From a bacterium (GTDB lineage: Bacteria; Zhuqueibacterota; Zhuqueibacteria; Zhuqueibacterales; Zhuqueibacteraceae), in contig JBBILN010000031.1 of the NCBI GenBank assembly GCA_037444905.1, positions 1 to 64,000 on the forward strand: DNA of 64,000 nucleotides. The letters run 5' to 3'. A program made the translations under genes and the position numbers. Below the pieces are notes generated by a model. The model was not told where the DNA came from. It searched no databases and saw only the letters and a list, made by a program, of their open reading frames with translations. This document shows positions 55,322 to 64,000 of this stretch, piece after piece. Positions within the stretch are counted from its first letter, which is position 1. The number at the start of each line of letters is the position of its first letter.

Positions 55322-56638
55322 TTACCCCTTTGATTTGAGAGGCGTTCGTTCCGGCTCCCAGCCCACACTTTTCGCAAACATGTCGATCACCTGCAGCGCC
55401 GTGCGCTGTGCATCGAATTTTTGTGCGACCAACTTCTGCCCGGCTAGCGCCATGCGTGCGCCGTGCTCAGGCTCGCGCCGCATGCGCATTAACGCCTCGG
55501 CTGCTGCCGAAGGATCATCGCAGTCCACCAATATGCCGGTGTGCTCCGGCTGGATCAATTCGTTGATGGCATTCAACGGCGTTGCGATCACCGGCACTCT
55601 CGTGGCCAGCGCTTCAATGTACACATTGGGTATGCCCCAATGGAGGTAAGGTCGCGGCAGCAGAATGAAGACGTTCGCCCACAGCCGCAATGGGCGCAAC
55701 TCTTCCTGTTTGAGATAGCCGAGCAGCTTTACTTCGTTCTGCAAATCGTGTTGTGTGATCAATTCACTCAGGTGTTGGCGCTCGGGGCCGTCGCCGACGA
55801 TCTTGCACTCAAACGCGAGGTTTTGCCGTTTCAATTCCGCACATGCGGCAATCAGCGTATCGAAACCTTTCGTCTTATAGAGCGTGCCAATCGAAAGCAC
55901 GCGCAAAGCGCCGCTGCTCATGGTGCGCGCTTGCGCGTCTGCATAAAAGTTGTTCAGCTCGAGGCCGTGATAGATGAGCTTGATCACTGCGCTCTTCTCC
56001 GGCACGAGCTGAGAGAGGTGCGCACGGTTATAATCCGTGCATGTCATAACGAACGTCGCTGCCCGCAGCTTGCGCACGAGCATGCTGTCGTCTTCGTAGA
56101 TGTCGTGCGCGTGCGCGGAAAGACTGTATGGCAAATCCGTGAGGCGATGCGCGATCCATGCCACGGCGCATGGAAACGTCGCCCAGAAAGCATGCACGTG
56201 CACGGTTTGCCGTTGCTGCATAAGGCGCGCGAAGCACACGGCTTTCGGAAAGAGCAGAAGGTTTTTCGCCAGGCTCACGGGCTTGCGCCACACTTCAAAA
56301 AAAAACGTGAGCAATGCGCCGATATAACGCAGCGGCCGCCGCAGCAAAAAATAAAACTGCGCGCGCCACACTTCCCATGAGAGAAAAAACGGCCGCTGGA
56401 TCAAACGCGGCAGCAGTTTCTGCGCTTGCGCTTGCACCACGCGAGCGTCCGGCGGTTTGAGCGTGTAGATATCAAAGTCAAAGCCCGCCTCCGCCAAAGC
56501 CGCCATCTCGCGCAGAATGAACGTTTCGTCAAGGCACGGGAAGCGCGAAACCAGGAATGCAAGCTTTGGAGACGGCACTTTGTAAACTCCCTCTGTGTGA
56601 AAAGAATTCGCGCCGGCGGAACGAAACGGCCGGCTCAT
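55322..56638 (-). CDS. Family 4 glycosyltransferase
   Basis: GT4 C-terminal core '...FILLPRPYLHWGIPNVYIEALATRVPVIATPLNAINELI'; start overlaps the upstream wzx stop. Confidence 0.8.
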   Translation of the reverse strand: MSRPFRSAGANSFHTEGVYKVPSPKLAFLVSRFPCLDETFILREMAALAEAGFDFDIYTLKPPDARVVQAQAQKLLPRLIQRPFFLSWEVWRAQFYFLLRRPLRYIGALLTFFFEVWRKPVSLAKNLLLFPKAVCFARLMQQRQTVHVHAFWATFPCAVAWIAHRLTDLPYSLSAHAHDIYEDDSMLVRKLRAATFVMTCTDYNRAHLSQLVPEKSAVIKLIYHGLELNNFYADAQARTMSSGALRVLSIGTLYKTKGFDTLIAACAELKRQNLAFECKIVGDGPERQHLSELITQHDLQNEVKLLGYLKQEELRPLRLWANVFILLPRPYLHWGIPNVYIEALATRVPVIATPLNAINELIQPEHTGILVDCDDPSAAAEALMRMRREPEHGARMALAGQKLVAQKFDAQRTALQVIDMFAKSVGWEPERTPLKSKG

Positions 56639-58107
56639 ACGACGCGATTCATCGACTCTTTGACGTTCTCCAACACCTTGCTGTCCGTGATGGCGACCAA
56701 CGCGGCATACAGAGTAACTCCAATGCCGAAATCAACCGACAGCTCGACAAAGGGATTCGTGAACTTTGCCAGTACGATGACGGCATACATCGCGGCGCCG
56801 ACCGCGCCATATTTCAACAATGCCGTCCACGGCATTTTGAAACCCAGGAAGTGGCGCGTGGGCAAAGTGACCATTCCCACGAGCAAGAGGTAGCTGAACA
56901 ATTTCGCAATGGCTGCGCCCTGGATGCCGTAGTATGGAATGAGGGCGACATTGCCGATCAAATTGATGACCGTGGTGATGCCCAGGAAAGCGACCAGCAA
57001 GTTCGTGCGCTTTTGAATGTACAAGCTCGCGGCCAAAATCGGGACGGCGCCGTTGATCATCAAACCGGTAATCAACCACGGCACAATGACGTGGCCTTCC
57101 AAAAATTTTTCGGAGGCGATCAAGTTCAACAAGGTCTTGCTATCCGCGGCGAAACCCAAAATCAGCGGGATGGCAAAGAGCGCGTAGGTGCGCAGCGCAT
57201 TCTCGAGAAACTTGCGCGTCGGTTCCGCGCCCTTCGTGGCCCAAATGCGCATGTAGATCGGCGTGACCGCGCTGGCGAACGGCATCACCACCACGTCCTT
57301 CACGTAATCCGACAGGTTGTACGCTGCGCTGTACAGCCCCACGCTATCGGCGCCGAGATAAAATTGCAGGCAGTAGCGGTCGACATAGTTGAGCAGCATC
57401 GACACCAGCTCGAAGCCGATGAGCGGAAAGCCGTAGTGCAAAGCGATGCGAAAAATCTCATTCGAAAAGTGCTCGAAGCGCGGCCAGTGCTTGCGAAAGC
57501 GCCACCACGCTAAAGCTCCCAAGCCCAAAGTCATCGCCGCAAGCTGGGAGAGGTAAAAACTCATCAACGACTTGGAGAGCAGGAACAGAAACGCCAGCAT
57601 CATGGCCAGCAACAAGTAGCGCACGAGCACGCGGTAGCTATTCAGCGCGAGGGTTTGTTGTTCCGCGCGCAAAAAACCGAGCATGAGGCTTTCCGCGGAT
57701 CGAAAGAACACCATGCCGCTGCTCACCAGCAGCAACGCGAACGTCATGCTGTGTTCATCGATGAAGCTATCGACGACCATGGTGCCGAGCCCCCAAATCG
57801 CGGTGATGACCAGCGCGATCATCAGCCCGCCGAGCAGCAAAGAAGAGAGGTAATCGTTGCGGCGGTGTTTCTGGCTGCCGCGCGAGTATTCGTCGTGAAA
57901 ACGGACGATGCTGTTTTGCAGCCCGGCTTTCGCCACGGCCGTTACGATGAGCACGGTGTTGGAAAGCAGACTCATCGTGCCATACTCGGCCACGGTAAAA
58001 ACGCGCGTCAGAATCGGGAACGAAATCAAGGACGCAAAGAGAATGAGAACCTGGCCGATGGAATAGTGTGAGGATTGCCGCAGGAACCCGCGTAAGGTTT
58101 TGCTCAT
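56635..58107 (-). CDS. wzx: Oligosaccharide flippase (Wzx-like, MOP superfamily polysaccharide biosynthesis protein)
   Basis: 490 aa with about 12-14 TM helices and the typical Wzx topology and composition. Confidence 0.8.
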   Translation of the reverse strand: MSKTLRGFLRQSSHYSIGQVLILFASLISFPILTRVFTVAEYGTMSLLSNTVLIVTAVAKAGLQNSIVRFHDEYSRGSQKHRRNDYLSSLLLGGLMIALVITAIWGLGTMVVDSFIDEHSMTFALLLVSSGMVFFRSAESLMLGFLRAEQQTLALNSYRVLVRYLLLAMMLAFLFLLSKSLMSFYLSQLAAMTLGLGALAWWRFRKHWPRFEHFSNEIFRIALHYGFPLIGFELVSMLLNYVDRYCLQFYLGADSVGLYSAAYNLSDYVKDVVVMPFASAVTPIYMRIWATKGAEPTRKFLENALRTYALFAIPLILGFAADSKTLLNLIASEKFLEGHVIVPWLITGLMINGAVPILAASLYIQKRTNLLVAFLGITTVINLIGNVALIPYYGIQGAAIAKLFSYLLLVGMVTLPTRHFLGFKMPWTALLKYGAVGAAMYAVIVLAKFTNPFVELSVDFGIGVTLYAALVAITDSKVLENVKESMNRVV

Positions 58108-59261
58108 TGCCTTTTTTGATTCCTGCAGCTAAACAACTCTTCATAAAGCCGTGCGTGCGCCGCCGTCATGGCTTGCACACTGAATTTCTCCTGCGCGCGC
58201 GCCGCCGCCGCTTCGCCCATTTGCCGGCGCCGCTCCGGTGAAGCCGCGAGCGTAAGCAGTGCATGCGCCAGCGCCGCGCTTTCGCCGGGCGGCGTGAGAT
58301 AGCCGGTCTCCGCATTGACGATCTGCTCGCGATTGCCGCCCACCGCGGAAGCGAGCACGGGTTTGCCCGCGGCCATGGCTTCGAGAATGGCGTTCGAGAA
58401 GCCCTCCGAAAATGAAGGCGCGAGCAAAATGTCGATCGCATGCATAATCTCAGGAATGTCCTTTCTCGAATCCATAAAACACACCTGGCGCTCCGCGTGC
58501 GCCGCGGCCACCGTATGTTGCAGCTCATGGAAGAGTGCGGTATCAGCGACATAGCCGCAAAGCAAAAGCCGGGAATTGGGGAATCGCTTTGCCATTTGCA
58601 AAAACGCGGATAGCGCTTCGCGATGCCCTTTCGCCGGTCGGATATTGGCAACGACGGCGACGAGCAACTCTTCCGCGCCAAACCCCAGCTCTTGGCGTTT
58701 GGCGAGGCCGCGATTCGCACGTTGCAGTTTCTCCATATCCACGCCGTTGTAGAGCACGCGCACGCGTTCCCTCTGCAGTTTTGTGCGGGCCAGCACGGCT
58801 TGCCGCACGGCTTCGGAATTGGCCGTCACACACTGCACCAGATGGCGGTCTACCCAGTTATTCATGCGCGTAACGCCGGCGCCATCAAAGCCGCCGAGAT
58901 CGCGATGACTGGAAATCCGCACGGGCACGTGGGCCCATTTGCCGACCAATGCGCCGAGCACGTTGCTCGTGGGCAAAAAGGCGTGAATCAAATCCGGCTT
59001 GAGGCGCTGGAAAACTTCATGCAGCTTTCGCGCTTCCCGCCATGCGCTCAGTTGCACCCAGTTATCGCGGCCGATAAGCTCGCAAGCAATGCCGTGGTCG
59101 GACAGGCGCTGCCGCAGCTCCGGAGCCGCTTGCGCCAGCACAACGAAGTGGCGGCGGAATCTTTCAGCGTCAAGATGCAGCGCCAATTCCATCACTTGTA
59201 GAGGCGTGCCGCCGAATGCCAGCTTGTCGAGCAAAAAAATGATGGAGATCTTTTTTGACAT
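58104..59261 (-). CDS. Family 4 glycosyltransferase
   Basis: I place the start at MSKKISIIFLL (ATG at 59261) rather than at the ORF-track start 59297. GT4 core '...SFSEGFSNAILEAMAAGKPVLASAVGGNREQI'. Confidence 0.8.
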   Translation of the reverse strand: MSKKISIIFLLDKLAFGGTPLQVMELALHLDAERFRRHFVVLAQAAPELRQRLSDHGIACELIGRDNWVQLSAWREARKLHEVFQRLKPDLIHAFLPTSNVLGALVGKWAHVPVRISSHRDLGGFDGAGVTRMNNWVDRHLVQCVTANSEAVRQAVLARTKLQRERVRVLYNGVDMEKLQRANRGLAKRQELGFGAEELLVAVVANIRPAKGHREALSAFLQMAKRFPNSRLLLCGYVADTALFHELQHTVAAAHAERQVCFMDSRKDIPEIMHAIDILLAPSFSEGFSNAILEAMAAGKPVLASAVGGNREQIVNAETGYLTPPGESAALAHALLTLAASPERRRQMGEAAAARAQEKFSVQAMTAAHARLYEELFSCRNQKRQ

Positions 59262-59451
59262 AAGCGTGCGTGGTGGCGCTTCGCTTTCGCGCGTCAATAG
59301 ATTTGCTTGAGTTGCTCCCCGGTGCGGCTGTCATGCAGTAGGAACCTTTTTCCCCTGAGATGAAAACTATTCCGAGCGCTGATGCGAGCACGGGAAAAGA
59401 CTCTCTCAGAATGACAAGCGAGTAAGGAGCGGCGTCCTCAATGATCCGGAA

Positions 59452-60933
59452 TCAAGCGCCCGCGGTTTTCGGCTTGAAATCCAACTGAAAACTCTTCTCC
59501 CCGCGCTCCGCCAGCAGGTGCCTGCGGGCTTCGAGTTTTTCGCGGCGGAGAAACACATAAGCATACGTCAGCCCAACCAGCACCCAATACAATCCAACCA
59601 ACTCCTCGCGCGTGAAGCGCGAGCCGAAAATATTCACGACCAAAATGCCGCAAATGCTCGCGATGCCGCCGAGCATCCAGCCGCGCATGAAACGGTCACC
59701 GCTGGTGCGGTACACGCGCCACATGGTAACACCGGGCACGGCAAGGAGCGTCAAAAAGGACAGCAGGCCGAGCAAGCCCATTTCCGCGCCGATGCGAAGA
59801 TACATGTTGTGTGCATCCATGCCCCATTCCATATTGGCATAGGTGGGGATGGCTTGCTGAAAAACATTATAACCCACACCGGTGAGCGGATAATCTTCAA
59901 TCAAGCGCAGCGCGCCGCGCCAAATGCGCACGCGTTGTGCGGAACTGGTTTCGAGATTGCGTTCTTCTTCATTCGGCGCGGGCACGCGACCGCCGACACG
60001 CTCATTGGCGGCGACGAGCGTTCGCGCGAACCGCTGCTGCACAATGCCCGGCGTCCACGTGTCGTAAAACATTACGGCCAAAGCCAGCATGGCGAGCATC
60101 CAGCGATAGCGCAGCAATCCGATGGCGCCCAGGGCGGCAATGACGCCGAGATACGCGCCGCGTGACAGCGACAGCATCAGCGGGAGCGTCGCTGCTGTGA
60201 AAATGCCGAACAGAACCATGCGGCTGAAGAATTTTCGCTCGAAGAGCCCGATCGCGAGCGCGACGATTGGATAAAAAACAAAAAACGCGGCTAGATCGTT
60301 CTCTCCGCCGAAACCGAACGCGCCGCCGAAACGTGTGCGCAAGCTGATGTTGTGCCAGCCGATGTTGTTGAGGTCATTAATCGTGAGCAGTGCGACGAAG
60401 CCGACGGTAAGCAACGCGGTGCGCACCAACCGTTTGATCGCCGGGCGCGCGAACCGGGCATTGGCAATGGGAAAGAACAAAAGGATCGGGCTGAGCCAGC
60501 GTTTGAGCGGATTGAGCTGGGCGGCGAGGTGATCGCTGCCGGCAAAACGCGAGCTGTTCAGCAGCGCTGCAATACAGATGAGCAGAAAAAAGAGAATCGC
60601 GAAGTTCATCCAACTGAAGCTGACGATCCGTTCGCGCTGCAGAATGGCGTTCACGATCCAAATCACAAAGATGACCATGGACAGCAAATTGAACGGATTC
60701 AAGGTGCCCAGTTGCTGCAGGCTGTATGGAATCCACGATTGCAGCGGCAACAAGATGATGACCGCATGGATGAGCACTTCAAAACGCGCCAACCCGACCA
60801 CCGTGAGAATCGCTCCGACGAGCAGCCCCATCGCCACGCCCGCGGAGACCTCGACGACCGTGCACGCCAACGCCACGGCGGCCAGGATCGAGAACAGCGC
60901 GTACCAGTAATATGTGGTTCGTTGTGCCGTCAT
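59452..60933 (-). CDS. O-antigen ligase/polymerase-like membrane protein (Wzy-type)
   Basis: 493 aa with multiple TM segments and a large periplasmic loop of Wzy_C/O-antigen-ligase type ('...LSRGAYLGVIAALGAIGLL...'). Confidence 0.6.
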   Translation of the reverse strand: MTAQRTTYYWYALFSILAAVALACTVVEVSAGVAMGLLVGAILTVVGLARFEVLIHAVIILLPLQSWIPYSLQQLGTLNPFNLLSMVIFVIWIVNAILQRERIVSFSWMNFAILFFLLICIAALLNSSRFAGSDHLAAQLNPLKRWLSPILLFFPIANARFARPAIKRLVRTALLTVGFVALLTINDLNNIGWHNISLRTRFGGAFGFGGENDLAAFFVFYPIVALAIGLFERKFFSRMVLFGIFTAATLPLMLSLSRGAYLGVIAALGAIGLLRYRWMLAMLALAVMFYDTWTPGIVQQRFARTLVAANERVGGRVPAPNEEERNLETSSAQRVRIWRGALRLIEDYPLTGVGYNVFQQAIPTYANMEWGMDAHNMYLRIGAEMGLLGLLSFLTLLAVPGVTMWRVYRTSGDRFMRGWMLGGIASICGILVVNIFGSRFTREELVGLYWVLVGLTYAYVFLRREKLEARRHLLAERGEKSFQLDFKPKTAGA

Positions 60934-63188
60934 GAGAGCCTGGCTTTGGAACGGTAGTGATTCCGGCGATAGACTTTTTGAAAGCTGCGCGGCCCGAATT
61001 CTTCTTCCAAGCGGAAGCGATTAAGTATCGCGCCCAGATATGGTGCGCGCACTCTCTGCAAAATTTTAACCGCCTGCCGCGCGGCTTCATATTGCGTGCG
61101 CCCGGCTTCAAACACCAGCAAGATGAGATCGGCTTCCGGCGCGATCAACAAGGGATCCGAGACCGGAATGATCGGCGCCGCATCAATGATGATAATATCA
61201 TACTGTTCGCGCAGACGCGTGAGCAAATCGCGCAGTTTGGATTGGTGCGCCAGCTTCTGAAAAGTTACGTGGCGATTGCCCGACGGAATCACATCGAGCG
61301 CACTGCCATTCAACGCCAGTGTGCTGGGCAGCCCTTCGAATGTAATCTCGCCGGCGAGCCAATTGGTGAGGCCGCGATGCTCTTCCAGCCCCAGGCGGGT
61401 TTCCGTGGTGGGGTGATAAATGTCCGTGTCCAGCAGAATCGTTTTTTTGCCAAAGAGCGAAAACGAAACCGCGAGATTTTGCGCAATGGTGGATTTGCCT
61501 TCGCCCGGGCCGGGGCTGGTAATCATCAGCACGCGCATTCCGTTCTGGTCTTTCATGATCACGTCGAGACCGGCGCGCAACGCATAAAAGCTCTCGGCTT
61601 CGGCAGCTTCGGGATCGTGCATGAGAATGAGATGATTGGCGGCGACATTGCTGGTCGCGCCCTTGCTGCTCGGCTGCCAGTCTTCGAAATTCTCCACCAC
61701 GCCGGCGACGGGGAGCTTGAGCTTGGCTTCGACGTCACGCGTGGTTTTGAGCGAGCGATCGAAGGCCTCGCGGAAATATGCCAAAGCGACGCCCAACGCA
61801 ATGCCCAAGAAGAAACCCACGACCAATTTAAGCCCGCGCTTGCGTGGCTGCGGTTCCAGTGGCTCCTCGGCTTGATCGACCACGTTGACATTCAGCGCCT
61901 TTTCCGCCTGCAAGCTTTTGAGTTTTTCATTCGTGCTCAACGCGGCTTGATAGGCGTCTTGCGCAACCTGTACTTCGCGTTGCAGCTTGAGCAAATCTTT
62001 TTCCTGCTCCGGCAGTTCTGTCAGCAAACGATCACGATAATCGCTGGCCAAACTGCGCAAGCCGTCTTCTTTTGCACGCAGGCTGCTGATTTCCACCTCC
62101 AACAGCAGCCGCTCGATGTACAATTCCTGCCACGCCATGCTGGAAGAATCAGCAGTGGCGGCGGAGGAGTATGTGGTGCCGCCGGTAATGCCGCGCAACT
62201 CTTCAACCGTGGCTTCGATCTCACGCTTCAAGCCAACGACTTTGGCGTGCTTGGGCGTATACATCGCCGTTTGCGTATTCAACTCTTGCTGCAGCTCCAG
62301 CAAACGCCCCTTCAACTCTTCAATGCGCGGACGTTGCACTTCCAAATGCGCGAGGGAGGAATTTTTGCGCTGCATGTTTGCCAATTGCTGATCGAGCGCC
62401 GTCATGCGGCCTTCGACCAGTTTACGCTGGCTGGTGATTTCGACCAGTTGGCTTTCCAAAGTTTCCACGCGACCGGAAAGGCGACCGGTCTCGCGATTTG
62501 CGGACGCAATATTGTTTTTGCGGCGGTACTCGACGAGCCGGCCCTCAGCTTCAACCAGGCGTTGATAGGAGTTTTGCAGCTCTTCGTGATAAAATTTGTT
62601 CAAACTGCCGAGGCGCTCTTGAATCACTTCTAAATTAAGCTCGACGAATTCCGTGCCGATGGTTCTGGCGTAAACGTAGGCATCGTGCGGGTTGTCGGCT
62701 TCGACCAACACGCGAATCATTTGGCCGCCGCGATGCTCGGTTTGTATGTTCTTCAAAAGCTCGATGACGGCTCGATCTTCCGCGTTCAGTTTCGGCGCCG
62801 TGAACCCGAGCGCATGCTTGATTTTAGTGCTGAGCGCGCCTTCTTCCTCTTCCGTCCCAGTATCGCGAGATTGAGAGAGCGGAGAGCTTTGGCCGGAAGA
62901 ATCTTGTGCCAGCGCCTGCACGACGCGACGCGCAAAGCCCTGGCTGGAGATGATGTCCATATAGTTGCCCACGGATAAATCCGGGCTGACATCGATATCC
63001 GAGGTCAACAAGCTGGTGATGGCATCATCGCCTACTTCAAAAGCAATCGACGCTTCGTATTCCGATTTGGAAAAAATCAGCAAGATCGCCAGAGGGATGG
63101 TGACGAAGATGGTGCACAGCGCAATCAGCGAGCGATGCTTGTAAACGACGCGCAGATGCTCCCGAATTTGCAGTTTCTCAAAATCCAC
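60930..63188 (-). CDS. wzc: Polysaccharide co-polymerase/tyrosine autokinase (Wzc/GumC-like: Wzz domain plus coiled coil plus CpsD/CapB P-loop ATPase)
   Basis: N-terminal TM plus 'Wzz' region, a long coiled coil, a second TM, then Walker A 'VLMITSPGPGEGKSTIAQNLAVSF' and 'ILLDTDIYHP'. Confidence 0.85.
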   Translation of the reverse strand: MDFEKLQIREHLRVVYKHRSLIALCTIFVTIPLAILLIFSKSEYEASIAFEVGDDAITSLLTSDIDVSPDLSVGNYMDIISSQGFARRVVQALAQDSSGQSSPLSQSRDTGTEEEEGALSTKIKHALGFTAPKLNAEDRAVIELLKNIQTEHRGGQMIRVLVEADNPHDAYVYARTIGTEFVELNLEVIQERLGSLNKFYHEELQNSYQRLVEAEGRLVEYRRKNNIASANRETGRLSGRVETLESQLVEITSQRKLVEGRMTALDQQLANMQRKNSSLAHLEVQRPRIEELKGRLLELQQELNTQTAMYTPKHAKVVGLKREIEATVEELRGITGGTTYSSAATADSSSMAWQELYIERLLLEVEISSLRAKEDGLRSLASDYRDRLLTELPEQEKDLLKLQREVQVAQDAYQAALSTNEKLKSLQAEKALNVNVVDQAEEPLEPQPRKRGLKLVVGFFLGIALGVALAYFREAFDRSLKTTRDVEAKLKLPVAGVVENFEDWQPSSKGATSNVAANHLILMHDPEAAEAESFYALRAGLDVIMKDQNGMRVLMITSPGPGEGKSTIAQNLAVSFSLFGKKTILLDTDIYHPTTETRLGLEEHRGLTNWLAGEITFEGLPSTLALNGSALDVIPSGNRHVTFQKLAHQSKLRDLLTRLREQYDIIIIDAAPIIPVSDPLLIAPEADLILLVFEAGRTQYEAARQAVKILQRVRAPYLGAILNRFRLEEEFGPRSFQKVYRRNHYRSKARLS

Positions 63189-63381
63189 GTTGTTGCCTCC
63201 ATGCTCTTTTAGGTAAGCGTGAACGGTTCAGCCGTCAAACTCCGGCGAGCGCAACAGAATCATAAACTCGCCAGAACTCGCGTTCGGAAATGAGCACGTT
63301 TGAATCGTCACGGAAAATAAATGCGAGTAACGCCTTGATCATCGCGCACAAAAAGCCACTCGCCTACCCCGTCGCTCTCGC

Positions 63382-64000
63382 TCATGCCATCGTGGGTTCG
63401 TGCACTCCCTCTTGAACGATCGTCGCGGACGCATAGCCGTTTTGCCGAGCAGAATGTTTTTCGTATTCTGTTTGCGGCAAAAATTCTATGCGCTCGATAC
63501 TACTTTGCCATTCGCTCTGCCGGGCGAGCGCGCGCACAAGCGTTTCTTCCAATTCTCGAATATTGCCCGGCCAGGCATACGCCATGAGCTGAGCGCGCGC
63601 CGTTTCACTGCACACGGTTTCGCGCCCGCCATTTTTCATGGCCGCTTTCTTGATGAAATGGGCGACAAAAGCCGGTAGGTCCTCCCTCCGTTCGCGCAAC
63701 GGAGGCAGCACAAATTCAAAAGTTGAAAGTCGATAATAGAAATCCTGCCGGAAGCGGCTTTGCTCCACGTGCTGCGCGAGATCAGATTGCGTGGTCGCCA
63801 GCAGTCGCAGGCGCAACCTCAGCGCCGCGCCACTCGCGGCATCATAAAGGGTCTTATCCTGCAAAAGCCGCATGAACCAGAGCTGCAAATTGAGCGATAG
63901 CGCCTCGACATTCTTCAAGAGCACGCTGACGTCGAGAGTGGGATGCGGCGCGTTGGCGGGTTTGCCATTGGCATTAAAGCATGTCGATTGCGCGGCGCAC
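63382..64000 (-). CDS. Sigma-54-dependent transcriptional activator, C-terminal part (partial; the N-terminus lies beyond the window)
   Basis: Sigma-54 interaction domain C-terminal motifs 'FRQDFYYRLSTFEFVLPPLRERREDLPAFVAHFIKK...MAYAWPGNIRELEETLVRA' are present. The reading frame continues to the window edge. Confidence 0.7.
   Translation of the reverse strand, partial: CAAQSTCFNANGKPANAPHPTLDVSVLLKNVEALSLNLQLWFMRLLQDKTLYDAASGAALRLRLRLLATTQSDLAQHVEQSRFRQDFYYRLSTFEFVLPPLRERREDLPAFVAHFIKKAAMKNGGRETVCSETARAQLMAYAWPGNIRELEETLVRALARQSEWQSSIERIEFLPQTEYEKHSARQNGYASATIVQEGVHEPTMA

Noticed and set aside
1-64000. CRISPR arrays, tRNA, rRNA
   Set aside because: No direct-repeat/spacer periodicity of CRISPR type was found; the only tandem arrays are the octamer microsatellite and the TTGGAT elements. 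No tRNA-like cloverleaf segments (T-loop GTTCRANYC with matching acceptor stem) were seen in the intergenic regions inspected. Without a tRNAscan or Infernal run this is not fully excluded.

Overview
This 64-kb window looks like a contig from an uncultivated bacterium that uses the type IX secretion system (T9SS). It is about 55-60% GC, with one clearly AT-rich islet at 31.65-32.56 kb. Most coding runs on the minus strand. From left to right the window holds: (1) a sugar ABC transporter (binding protein plus permease); (2) six large secreted proteins carrying the T9SS C-terminal sorting domain (motif 'YPNPFN...IYD..G..V..L.....G.Y...WDG....G..VSSGVYFY'), a PorV/PorQ-like outer-membrane protein and two TonB-dependent receptors; (3) an intact IS110-family transposase inserted upstream of one T9SS cargo gene, with a long structured non-coding flank; (4) a sugar-utilisation locus made of a LacI regulator, a six-hairpin glycoside-hydrolase-like protein and a Zn-dependent alcohol dehydrogenase; (5) cobO, a MazEF-like toxin-antitoxin pair, an SPFH protein, and a double-zinc-ribbon membrane protein; (6) an AT-rich islet encoding a small PepSY-like protein and a PIN-domain nuclease; (7) a light/oxidative-stress-type cluster with an Spx/ArsC-family gene that has an in-frame TGA aligned to the catalytic Cys (a candidate selenoprotein), crtW, a DUF523/DUF1722 protein and a class II photolyase; (8) a GHMP kinase, a fused acetyltransferase-aminotransferase, and a formamidase; (9) a 15-kb exopolysaccharide locus (GT2, Wza-like exporter, deacetylase, three GT4s, Wzx, Wzy, Wzc and a secreted glycoside-hydrolase-like T9SS protein), followed by a partial sigma-54 activator. 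Non-coding features worth attention: a 3 x 1146-bp near-identical tandem repeat inside a CBM-like T9SS gene; a TTGGAT/ATCCAA inverted-repeat element at two loci; a 21-bp palindrome at three loci; a MITE-like 94-bp element with 16-bp terminal inverted repeats and a 6-bp flanking direct repeat; twin perfect hairpins with identical loops; and an octamer microsatellite directly upstream of a start codon.
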